NCBI GenBank assembly: GCA_024137785.1
Contig: JAHRHZ010000084.1
Span: forward strand, 7,344,093-7,408,092
Origin: Ginglymostoma cirratum
Taxonomy: Eukaryota
Reading direction: 5' to 3'
DNA length: 64,000 nt
The notes under the pieces are model-generated. The model saw only the letters and a program-made list of their open reading frames with translations, had not been told where the DNA came from and searched no databases. Made by a program: the position numbers and the translations under genes. Below are positions 41,849 through 53,062 of this stretch, one piece after another; positions within the stretch are counted from its first letter, which is position 1; the number at the start of each line of letters is the position of its first letter.

Positions 41849-44800
41849 GTACTCTTAAACGTTACTAACTGCTTTTTGGAATAACTTAGAATGTAATTCA
41901 TATTTACGGCATCTATGCATTGCAAATTTAGATGCCCTGCTTCTCCAATTCAATGCGCGTCATCATTCTCAATTGTTCTTGTATTTCATTCCTCCGTTGT
42001 TTTTCCATGTCTTCTGTCTGCAATTAGTACCATCGCTTTCACTTTTTTTTTCATAGACGCGAAAGTAACTTCGAGCAAAGTAGATCAGTTTCCGAAGCTC
42101 TTGAAGGCGGCCAGAGGTGACAATGTTTCCATGTTCTGTACTTTTCCCATATTTGAAGAGGTTCCTGAAGTATTTTGGTGGAGACACAACGAGGAATTGT
42201 TTTTGGAACCAGACAGCAGAAAACGTTTTGATGTTCAGAAAGGAAGGGGCTCACTTCATGTTTTCAATGTCGCTCTTCCAGACTCCGGAATGTATCATTG
42301 TAAGATAAAATATCAGCAAACGACACTTCGAGCTGAAGGTGGATCATTGCTGACAGTGTGCGGTAAGTAAAACTGCATCAGGTGCAGGCAGTTTATGTGA
42401 TCTGACTTTTTATAATTACAGAAAAATCGAGTGATAGCATATTAGCTTCACACTTTTGGCTGGATGTCGTCCCCGTTGACCTCGCTGTTCAACAGCTATT
42501 GATTTGCTTCGCTTGTTGGCGCCATTTCTCAAGATCAAATCCACTGCTCATTGTGATCATGGTGTGGAAGTGCCGGTGTTAGACTGGGGTCGACAAGGGC
42601 AGAAATCACGCACCAGGTGATAGTCCAACACGTTTATTTGAAAACATAAGCTTTTGGGGCCTCAGTCTGAAGAAGGACTGAGGCTCCGAAAGCTTGTGAC
42701 TTCAAATAAGCCTGTTGGTCTATAACCTTGTCTCGTGTGATTTCTGTATTTGTCATAATGACATTGTACTGTGCTATGAACGTAATGAGTGTCTTTTAGC
42801 TGCCGGAACAGTTGATATTGAGTCAAGAGAATGAAACAGGATAACTGTTGAAATCTTAGGATGAAGTTAATTCATGGAATAAGATAAAATGAAGAACTGC
42901 AGAAGCTGGAAATCTGAAACAAAGACAGAAATAGCTGGAGAAACTCGGCATGTCTGGTTGTATCTGTGTGAGCTGACACAGAGTCCAGCGATCCTTCTTC
43001 AGAATAGTTCTCGAACAGGTAACTCACTTTTCTCTTCACAAATACCCTCAACAGAAAAGGAAGCAAATTTGGGACTGATTTGCGGAGGAACCTCTTCACG
43101 CAAAGGTTGTGAATCTATGGAATCCCCTGCCAGTGATGCATTGGAGGCTACCTACCTCGTTGGATGTTTTAAGACAAAGATAGATGTTTGAATACTCAAG
43201 AAATTAAGGGTTATGATGAATGGACGGGTAAGTGGAGTTGAGTCCACAAAAATATGAGCCATGATCTTATTGATTGAAGAGCGGGCTCGGCGGGTCAGAC
43301 GGCCTACTGCTACAACTATTTCTTATCTTCGAATGTGGTCAGACCGACTGAGTTTCTCCAGCAATTTCCATCTTTGTATTATAGGTTCCCTATGGGTGTG
43401 GAAACAGGCCCTGCCGCCCAACAAGTCCACAGTGACCCTCAGAGCATCCCACCCAGACCCATTGCCCTATAAAAGCACCTAATCTACACATCCCTGAACA
43501 CTGCGGGTAATTTAGCATGGCCAATCCACCGATCCTGCACACCTCTGGACTATTGGAGGAAACCAGAGCACCCGGAAGAAACGCAAGCAGGCACGGGGAG
43601 AATGTGCAAACTCCACACAGACAGTCGCCCAAGGATGGAATCGAACCCTGTTCACCGGAGCCTGCTCGATTTACCTCTAACCAAAATAATGTTGCTGAGA
43701 TGTGACAGTGGAAACAAGGTTAATACAAGAACAATGTACCCATGTATTGAAAATTTAGAATGCTAACAGAAATTACTTGAAACGTGTCTGAGCATCTACA
43801 GAGGTAATACATGCACAAGAATTAAAAACAAGAGTGGGCCATTCGTCCCTCAAGTTTATTTGGCCATTCGATTAAATTATGGCTGATCTGATTGTGGTGT
43901 CAACCGCACATTCCTGTCCACCTTGATATCCTTGGACTTCCTCATTAATCAAAAACGCAATTGATGTTTCAGGTCATAATCTTTCATCAGAATATTTTTA
44001 GAACCTCCTACATCAATTCTTTTCTACATGGTTACATACAGCACCCAATCAGCGCCTACAAGTTGCATTTATTTTAAGGTGAATGATAATATACCACAGC
44101 CATCAATATTCACCAAATACAAGATAATTTTTCGACCTCCAAATTGCCGATTGAAACATGCTGTAGCAAATCCTTCAAACTTTGAGATGGATAGCAAAGA
44201 AAATTAATACTGTGGATCAATGGAATAGAAAAACATTGGACAAAGGGAGTTGAGATATAGTTCAACCATCACCTAAGTGAACAGTGGAGTAAGTTCAAGG
44301 ATGGTATTGCTTAGTGTTTTGGCTGCGCATTTTCTCAACACTGAAATGCCTTTTTTTTTAAACAACCAAATTACATGATTCAGCGTGATGGCAAGCATTG
44401 ATCTGGCTCTCAGAGTTTGATTATATCCCCAATCCTAAAGCTTTCAAGACAGTAAAATTACCCATTGGCTCTGTTGACTCTGCAGTTCGCCAACTGGATC
44501 CTCTCTGATGTAGGCACAACAGGCAATGTGAATGAAGAACAGTACCAAGCATATCTAAAAGCGTTCGTGCTCCTGCATTCGTAATTTATTATTTCGATGC
44601 AACGGGACTTAAGACAGGAGAACAAGATAATATTTTTTCTCCACGAGAATTCTGTGACATCTGAAGCAGATTCATGGCGAAAATGAAACATTTCTCAGCT
44701 TTTTCTGGCAGTAACAGTTAGCATAAATTTGGAAGTGAATCAAATGTCTAATTTAATAATTCCCTCGCATTACAATTGAGGAGCCAAAAATGTGTAGACA

Positions 44801-47800
44801 ACAGGTGTTAAGGATATTGCTTGTAATAAACATCAGAACAATGTAAACCCACAAATATTATTCTCAGCTAAGCACTGAATGCAGACTGAGAGTCCATAAG
44901 TTCACTTTAGTAAATGCATCATTTAGAATTGATATTTCAAAGAGAGTAGGTTCAGGCCAAGAGGGAAAAATGAATTGGGGACATAAATGACTCGACCATG
45001 TTCTTATTAATGGTTGGATCAATCTCAAAGGGTCGAATTGCCTGCCCATTGGACGCCCAGCTTTAGCTTTTAATTCTGATGCGCCCCCCCCCCCCAGGCA
45101 GAATCTGTTCCAAAAAAAAATTCAACAAAGTGATTTCTCTTACAGAGCGTTGACGTCTGGGATTACGTTACACTTGCAATTTATGACAGATTTTCTCCGC
45201 AGGTTCATCCTTCCTGTGCATTGTTTGAAAAACATCCCAACATTTTTGCCATGCATTTCTTTAAAAATAATAACAAAGACCACGTCTAAAATACAGTAAC
45301 AACGAAAACTGTTGTCACATTAAGAATGGCACAGTATTGGTGTGGAAGGGGGCGGATTGAAAAGTGAAAGAAAAGAATGCAAATTAACCTTTTTTAACGT
45401 TTTACTTTCTGTTATAGTTCCTCCAACCCTCCTGAAAATCATTTCCATGGAAGGGATTTCAGGGAATAATTTGACATTCGAGTGTAAAACGACTTCCTTT
45501 TACCCAGAGGATTTAGGAATCTCCTGGTTGAGAGATGGTGTCAAAATGCAGGCCGGAATAGAAACTGTGAAAAACAAGACCGTGGATGGTCTTTATGAAG
45601 TTACTAGTTCGTTGGAAGATGCACAACCCGTTCGGAGTGGTGCAGTTTATACCTGCCTGGTATCTCATGCCTGTCTTAAGGTGGCCACCAGCGTCAGCTA
45701 CACCTTTAACCGAGGTAAGATTGAAAATGTACCCAATACGGAGTTGAGTGCATGGTGAGAGGTAAAAACTTAGATGTGCATTCTTAAGGCATTGGACTAA
45801 CTCTAACTCTAAGACGTCGAGTAAATGTGCATGGAGTTCATTCTCAATGTCAAAGAAATTGAAACAAAGTAAAATATTCTGAGACGTTTTGCAGATGTAG
45901 CAGGGCGACTAGTTTCCTAAAACGTCCTGAAACGGAAAGTTGATGTGAAAACTACTCAAAAGTTGACAACTCAACAGTTTTATTATGCTAAATGAAATCA
46001 ATGTGTCGATAAAATTGTTCCTTTTCACTTGAGTAACTTATGCAACTTGTACATGTGTGTCGTTTATAAAACTTAGCTGATCTCTGCCAACAATATCTTC
46101 AGTTGCCTGCAACCTACACTTGGAAAATACTGGCCTCCCAGTCTCCCGTTGTGTCTTTCCTTCTTTAAGGTGCCTTTTGAACCTTATTTCTCTCTGTCTT
46201 AAGATTACTTTATGTTGAGCGGACAATGCTGTGTACAGTGCCTTTGAATTATTAACTTGGTTAAAGGCGCAGTTTGATTACAATTTCTGCTTGCAAATAA
46301 GAGTTGCAGTAGGTGCTTTCTGAGAAGGCTGGAGAAAGGCGCCATAAAGCATACAAAATCCTTATAGGTGTTGACAGTGTGAATGAGAAAAGTGTACTTC
46401 CGCTGGCGGACCGCCTAGGACCAGAGAACACAGTTTCAAAATAAGGTGAATGGGAATTTCTTCATCCAGAATCTTTGGAATTCCCCACCCAGAAAGCTGG
46501 GAAAACTCAGTCACTAAGAGTATGAAATACTGAGATCGACAGAGTTCCAAATGTTAAATGAAATGTAGGTAGTGCGAGAAAATAGCACCGTGGAAAAACA
46601 ATCATGATCTAATTGAATGACGGAGCCTGTTTCAAGGTCTCAGTGTCTATCCCCGCTCCTGTTGTCTATGTTCCTTTGTAACTGCCATTAGGGGATGAAA
46701 AATTTGCCAGATCTTGCAGCTGTTGCACATCAGTCTGGTTTGAGACAATGAGCAAATAAGTGCAAATTCCTTTACTCATAGCAAACAGCTCTCCTATACT
46801 GAGAGAACTTACCCATGCTTTTAAGTCATGAAATGCGTTTTCTCCATACAATGCTTTACTGAGCTGCAGTGAATGTCTTCTGGTGCACGTTAAGGCCCTT
46901 GCACAGCTACACCCCCACTCCCACCCCACCCCCACCCCCCATCAAATTAAAATGGTCCAACTTTTCTCACAGTGGGGTTATCCTGGGTGACACCTTTGCA
47001 ATTTATCATCGTGTGCATTATGCTCTGCACATGTGACTCACTGTGTTCCAAACTTGTTCACTTCCTTCAGGTGTTCATCCTGTAGGACAAGGTAGCACTC
47101 TTCCAATGATCGTTGGATATGCAGGAGGAACATTTGCAATGTTACTAATCTTGATCGTCTTCATTAGACTGAAATTGAAGGCATCAGCTGGTGAGAACCT
47201 TCCATATTTCGCCGTGTGCTCTTTATTTCCTTAGACCCAGTGTAAAAAAGCATTAAGAGCAGGTGAGGAATCAAGGGCTGTGGCTTTAAATTTTGGAGTT
47301 GAGAATCTGAGGCGGATATGAACTGCAAATATTTCACCTTCTTATTCGAACTGGACATTCGGTTTGTTCACCTCCGTGTTGCTCCAGTCGAAATTATGTG
47401 TTTTCTATTATTGTTCAGTGCGGATCCAGTTCCCAAGGAAGAAACTTTTATAAACTAGATTTTAGCATTTGGCATTAAAGTGGATGTTTTCGAACTAATA
47501 ATCAGATATGCGCATCATTAGAATTTATTTCCATTGTAATTTGTGGTGCAAATGGGCCGCCGACTTGCACTTTGCACTATCACACAGAGACTAACTCTGC
47601 ATCATTGAGTGCAGTGCAACTTGAGCAGTGAGCAGGTAAAACACAACGTACTACTGTCGGTACAGCTGAATACCTTCGAACTGTGGTTTTCTGTACTATA
47701 CATATAAATTAAATGTGTCTAACAGCGAAGGCATGACATTAGATTTGTTGATACATTAATTCTATCATTAACAGTGCATTACTTTGCTTTGTATTAGGCA

Positions 47801-49121
47801 ACAGGAGAAATTCGATGGACGCAGGTGAAAATGATGAACAGGTAGGACGACAATATTCTTTCAATTCCAAACAAAAATCGTAAGGGAGGTCGGCACATAG
47901 AAAGGGTAGCAACGAATTATGCATTCAGTCGAAATCATTTAGATTTCATAGAACATCGAATTCTATAGCCCAGGATGAAGCTCCCGTACTTCTGCCACCT
48001 CGATGAGATAATAAATCAATTTGTTCCACTCTCGTGTTTTACCTGTATATCTCATTTTTCGTGTCAATCCAATAACTTTTTTGAAATTTCCTATCGAATC
48101 TCTTCCAGTCACTGTCTCAGTTCGTAGGCAGCTCACCACAACGGGCTGCAGAGACAAAACAAAGCTCTCCACAGATTATTTACCTATAATACCGAAAGCG
48201 TGTCGCCTGGATCCGAAACAACATATCCATGAAAATAGTTTTGCCTCATTTACTTCATCACAGACTCTGAAAATGTTAAACCTTTATGTTAAACCTCCCC
48301 TTAAATGTACTTGATCTAAGTAAAATAATCATTTCCAGTCTCCCGAACATCATTGAAATCCCTGAAAGCTGGGACCCTTCCAGTAAATCTCTGCTATATC
48401 CTCTCGAAAACCTTGAGATTTTCCTGAAGTCGTGCCTGGAGTGGGACACAATATCTCAGGTCTTTTATGAACTATATTCCTTTGTTAGTAGTTCTGGGAG
48501 CAGAGTGTATGTGTGGGGTCGGGTGAAGTGAAAATAATGGCTTTGGAGGTGTTGCGAGAGGGTTTTTGCCAAGAACATAATTGTTGGTCGCTATTTAGAG
48601 GATGTAAGCTTCCAGAAATGTTATAAGAACAGCCTAAGGCTTCGCTGTCAGATCTCCTAATAGATTGCGCTAACTATGGAATAAGAAAACCGCCATCTCC
48701 ACAAAAATGTCAAACAGAGCGAGATAAATAAGGAAATAATAAATGTCTACTGGTCATCAGTTAGATGTTAAAATGTAGTTCAATGAATTAAACGCCCTGG
48801 GTTTCATATTTAAAATATTATTCTCGACTACATTGGTGAGATATTAGATGCAAATCACTGACAGTTGACAGGATGCAATTGCGACTTTGCTTGATTGACT
48901 ACTGCCTGAATGTTAACAAGTCTGGTATTCAGTTACAGTTGGTGGTGGCTGGCTGCATAATCAAACTTGCTGCTAATGATATTTCTTACCTCATATTCTA
49001 GCTTAGACAAGAACCAACGAAAGAAAATGTCGCTTATGCTACTGTAAACTTAAAAGCCAAAAAATATGCCGCCAAACCCAGGCTCAAGGAAGAATATGTT
49101 GTCTATTCCCAGGTAAAATGA
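41794..49121 (+). CDS. Gene B: type I membrane IgSF receptor, leader-V(J-like)-C1-TM-cytoplasmic tail with two ITIMs (SIRP/NKp30/B7-H6-like architecture), 6 coding exons, 313 aa
   Basis: Hand-spliced exons 41794-41848, 42057-42362, 45418-45714, 47071-47190, 47798-47841 and 49002-49121. All introns are GT..AG, phases are 1,1,1,1,0, and the total is 942 nt with no internal stop. Confidence 0.88.
42057..42362 (+). CDS. Gene B exon 2, Ig V-type domain with J-like G strand
   Basis: Acceptor tttttttttcatag| and donor G|gtaagt. Translation: DAKVTSSKVDQFPKLLKAARGDNVSMFCTF...VFWWR...GSLHVFNVALPDSGMYHC...AEGGSLLTVC. It shows the B-strand Cys, C-strand Trp and DSGxYxC motif. Confidence 0.93.
42560..42755. 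repeat. Imperfect inverted-repeat element of a second Penelope-type family in the V-C1 intron
   Basis: gacaa..cagaaatcac..caggtgatagtccaaca..tttatttgaa..aagcttt mirrors aaagctt..ttcaaataa..tgttggtctataacc..gtgatttctg..ttgtc. Confidence 0.72.
43385..43660 (-). mobile_element. V-SINE (HE1-like) in the V-C1 intron of gene B
   Basis: Reverse complement of the V-SINE core GGAGTTTGCACATTCTCCCCGTG...CCGGGTGCTCTGGTTTCCTCC, plus the tRNA B-box GGTTCGATTCC. Confidence 0.8.
45418..45714 (+). CDS. Gene B exon 3, Ig C1-set domain
   Basis: Acceptor ttttactttctgttatag|, donor G|gtaaga, phase 1/1. C1 hallmarks: LTFECKTTSFYPEDLGISWLRDG, DGLYEVTSSL, YTCLVSHACL. Confidence 0.93.
47071..47190 (+). CDS. Gene B exon 4, stalk plus transmembrane segment
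   Basis: Acceptor cttccttcag| and donor G|gtgaga. Translation GVHPVGQGSTLPMIVGYAGGTFAMLLILIVFIRLKLKASA is an uncharged hydrophobic run followed by basic stop-transfer residues. An in-frame alternative acceptor (catcctgtag|) gives start 47086. Confidence 0.88.
47798..47841 (+). CDS. Gene B exon 5, 44-nt cytoplasmic exon GNRRNSMDAGENDEQ
   Basis: Acceptor tttgctttgtattag|, donor CAG|gtagga, phase 1/0. An independent paralog of identical length lies at 6006-6049. Confidence 0.8.
49002..49121 (+). CDS. Gene B exon 6, ITIM exon LRQEPTKENVAYATVNLKAKKYAAKPRLKEEYVVYSQVK*
   Basis: Acceptor cttacctcatattctag|, phase 0. VAYATV (49029-49046) and VVYSQV (49098-49115) match the ITIM consensus (I/V/L/S)xYxx(L/V). 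Stop TGA at 49119-49121. Confidence 0.85.
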   Translation, partial: LRQEPTKENVAYATVNLKAKKYAAKPRLKEEYVVYSQVK

Positions 49122-49259
49122 AAGAATTGTCAAATATAAAACGACCATGTCTCTCTCATACGAGGTCAACATAGTGAAAATTGAGTTAATTGCAAAAAAA
49201 AAAGACACTGTACAATACAAAGGGAACGGGGTGCTCTAATTTTGACTTGATGAAACAGA

Positions 49260-49826
49260 ACATGCGGCAGTTATCCAGATGCCAAGGTTCATAATGTGAC
49301 GACCCGGGTTCAAACCTCACAAGGGCAGCGAATGGAACTGAATTGAGTTGATGAATCTGGAATGTCAAACCTCACTAGGACAGCTAATGGAAGTGAATTA
49401 AGTCGATGAATCTGGAATGTAAAGCTAATCTCAGTAAACTTTAATCATGCGAACTGTCATTAATTGTTATTGGGAAAAAATTCCCTGTTTCACTTGTGTG
49501 GAGGATTGGCAAGACCGCTTCTGGAGCATTGTGCACAATACTGGTCACCCTTTTCATGGAAAGGTGTTAATACATTGAAAGCAGCTTAGAGAAGGCTTAC
49601 TAGGCTAATGCCTGAAATGAGCGGATTCCCTTACGTGACCTTATGGCGATAAGACATGGTCTTCAGGGAAGGAAGCTTGCCATCCTTACCTGCTCTACCC
49701 TACATGTAAGTCCAGAATCACGACAATGCAGTTGATTCTCAACTGCTGTCTGGGCAATTAGGAATGCGCAATGAATGCTAGCCTAGCCATTGATGGCCAC
49801 AAACTATGAATGAACTAACAAAAAAG
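49260..49826 (+). mobile_element. Same SINE family just 3' of the gene B stop, interrupted by a CR1 fragment (about 49497-49640)
   Basis: gacccgggttcaaacc head, ggaaggaagcttgccatccttacct body, gggcaattagg..atgaatgaactaacaaaaaa end. Confidence 0.68.
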
Positions 49827-49829
49827 AAG

Positions 49830-51815
49830 TAAGCCATTTCGATCAGCGAATCTGCTCCACCATTCAATAAGGTCAAGCTTGATCTGACAAATCTCCACTT
49901 TCCTGGCTCTTCCCGAAAACACTTTATCGTTCACTAACTAAAAATCTATTTTGGCCTTGAACATTTTTAATAACCCAACCTAGGCAGCCTTTGCAGAAAA
50001 TAATTTCACATACTCACTGCCCTCCAAAAGAAGAATTTCCTCTTCATCTCAGGTTTAAATATGCAACCACTTATCCGAGGATTATGCCCTCTGGACCAGG
50101 ACTCTGACATGGGGAAACAAATTGTCCTCATCCATCAAGTTAAGTTCCCTAAGAATCTTGTACGTTTCAGTCAGGTGTCATTCTTATAAATCCCAATGAG
50201 TACAGGCCCAGCCTACTCACCACTCCGCAAAAGAGATTTCCTTCTTACCTTCTTTACCAGTGAACTTTCTCTGGATATCCTGCAATGCCAATATATCTTT
50301 TCTGGGATAAGGGGAAGAAAACTGTTCAAGTATTTCAGCTACGGTTTAACTTGAGACTTGCATGCTTTTAGCAAATATCCCTTCATTTATATTCCATTCT
50401 CATCGAAAAGTAGGCCAGTATTCCCTTTGCCTTCTCGACTACCTGCTGTAATTTGATGCTAGCTTTTTGTAACTCATGCACGAGGACTCCAAAATCCCTC
50501 TGCTCCGTAGATTTCTGCTGTCTTTCTGCACTTAAATAATACTCAGATCTTCTATTCCTTCTCCCAAAGTGCATAACCTCACTTTTTTCCCATATTATAT
50601 TCCATCTTCCATAATTTTGGCCATCCTCGTAACTGGACTACATCCCTCTAAAGACTTTTTGTGTCATCCTCACCGCTCATCGTCCCACCTACTTTAATGT
50701 TAACCACATGCTTGGCCATTGTACGTGCACTTTCCAAATCCAAGTCTTTAATGTTTACATTTGGAAAATTTGTGGCCCTACCACTAATCTCTATGGCACT
50801 CCATGAGAACCAGATTTCCATTCTGAAAATTCCCTCCCTCCCCCCATCCAAAACTCAGAGTCTCCTATTACTTCGCCAATTTTCTATCCACTTTAGTGTA
50901 CTGCGCCACAACCATGAGTTTTTATTTTATCTTATTAGGCGACCTAATGTGTGGCAGCTCTGAAAATATTTTCTGAAAATCCAAATATGTTAAATACACT
51001 GCTTCTCATTTATCTGCCCTCCTTCTGACCTCTTGAAAGAATTTCTGGAAGATTAATACTGGTGCATCCACTATCGTAGTTACTTCCCTAGCTATCCTAG
51101 GATGCATCCCATCAGATCCAAACTTATTAGTCTTATGTTCCATTAGTTTTCCAGATGCTTCTTCTCCAGTGATAGCTGTTGTATTTAATTCTTCTCCTCC
51201 ATTTGCCCTTGAATATTTAATACTGTGGAATGCTGTTAGTGTCTTCTACTGTGACAATTGATGCAAATTATTCATTCAAGTCTTCTACCATTCTCTGGTT
51301 CCCCATTGTTCTTTTTCACGCCTCCTTCTCTTTCGGGGCCTATGTTCAATTTGGCTTCTCTCTTCCTTTTCAAAAGCTATGGAATAACTAACAGGTATGT
51401 GTCTTCTGGAGTTTAGAAGAGTCAGAGGCGACTTAATTGAAACATATAAGTTCCTAACAGACTTGACCAGGTGGATGTGAAAGAATCTTTCTTTTTAATG
51501 TGAGAATCTAAAACTGGAGGCCGTAGTTTAAAAATGAGGGATCACCTATTTACAGCAGATACGAGGACATTTTTGTTTCTCTCCTCCGGTTGTAAGTCTT
51601 TGGAATTCCCTTCCTTAAATAGCAATATATGCAAAATTTTTAAATGTGTTTTAAGGCAGGGATAGGTAGATTCTCGATGACACAGTGGGTGAAAGATTAT
51701 CGGGGGTTTCAGGGACATAGAGTTCAGCACAAAATCAGGTCAGCGACTACCTTATTAAATGGTGGTGCCGGCTTGAAGGACCAAGTGGCTTGCTCTTATT
51801 TCTTACTTGCTTGTT
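49830..51815. mobile_element. Decayed CR1 fragments (about 49830-51370 minus; 51390-51815 plus)
   Basis: HFGRRNRR..EQRDFGVLVH, IKVGGTMSGEDD, and ctggagtttagaagagtcagaggcgacttaattgaaacatataag. Confidence 0.75.
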
Positions 51816-52933
51816 GGTAATGTCCTTTCGGGAAGAAAATCTGCTGCTCTTACCTGGCCTGGCCGACAAGTGACACAAGACTTTCATCCAGGTGATTGAT
51901 ATTTAACGATGATTAACATTTGATGTAGTCAACCATACACTCAGTTCAAAACAGTTAGCGATGGGCAGCAGTTGTTGACATTGTTACTGCCATCTTTATG
52001 CCATGAAAACAAAAGACAAAATTATGCCAGTGTTAGGGAATCGATGTCTCTTCTGCCGATTTGTTCGGGAAAAAAAATCAAGAGAGATATCAAACGGTCA
52101 GCTGGCTCTTACTATCAGTTTTAGACTGGAGTACAAACAAAACCAACAATATTTAATTTTATGGATTAGCAGTAAGAATGACAGCCCTGAACTGTAACTA
52201 TAGAAACTCACCTGGGAATAGTGGCTAATATCGATTTTACAGGAAAAGTACGGCACCAAGAGCAATCTGCATTACACCTATCCTGTTGAATCCAGCACCA
52301 GGACAAATACAAAACCAGACAGGCAAAGCAGGCTACTATCTATAGCCAAGAGCAGCTACATCTTCAATGTCGTTTGGTACCACACTAAACAGTAGGGAAT
52401 TGAAAGCTCAGGGATTTAACCTACCAACTGTATTGGGCCCGACCATTTCAGCCAAGGCTCACCATATTCACCCTAGGTCCCAGGGTTCTGAAAATCAGCA
52501 GCGGTGGGGTAAACGAGGTTGGAAATGTGACTTGAGGCCTTTCCATGGGATAACCACATCAAATCGACTGTCAGGGCTCAGAAATTGAACCTTGAAAGGG
52601 ATGTTTTGCAATACCAGAATTCCAACCACATTTAACACGCTGGCATTTGATTCCTTTCTATTTTAAAGAAGTAATAACCTGCTGTTTTAAATGGGCAATG
52701 CTAATATTCTGACTTATTTTACGAGAAGTTTAAAGCATAATACCAAGAATTTTTAGGCAGGGCTGTAGAATGGAGAGAGATCGCAGGTTGAAGACAATAC
52801 TAAATTCGGTTGCAATCTGAAGTTGGTACCTGATGAGAGGAAATTCCACCAAAGCCTTTTAATAAAACCTCGACTGCCTCTCACAATAAGTTGACGATGG
52901 CCTAATGGGTGATATTAAATTTTACATTCACAG

Positions 52934-53062
52934 ATCAAGAAAGGAAGCAGAAATAACAAACTGATTTACACGGCTCTGTAAGTGGCTGATTCCAAGAAAT
53001 CATCAAAACCCAAACTGCAAGACAATTCCACATTACATGCAAAAGTAAAGGTGACAAAGTAG
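52934..53062 (+). other. Second ITIM-type exon (alternative/additional terminal exon of gene B, or a relic): IKKGSRNNKLIYTAL*VADSKKSSKPKLQDNSTLHAKVKVTK*
   Basis: Acceptor tttacattcacag|, phase 0. It aligns without gaps to exon 6 (Y12, K21, K25-P26, L28, V38-K39). TAA at 52979-52981 follows LIYTAL directly. Exon and flanks are homologous to 13080-13325. Confidence 0.65.

Noticed and set aside
41915-42056. Hydrophobic N-terminal part of ORF 41915-42370 as signal peptide
   Set aside because: It is the intron polypyrimidine tract; a better leader exon exists at 41794-41848.
41100-47000. CACAGTG heptamers near gene B (about 41157, 43428, 46968) as recombination signals
   Set aside because: I saw no nonamer at 12/23 spacing, none abuts the V exon, and the V exon already contains its G strand.
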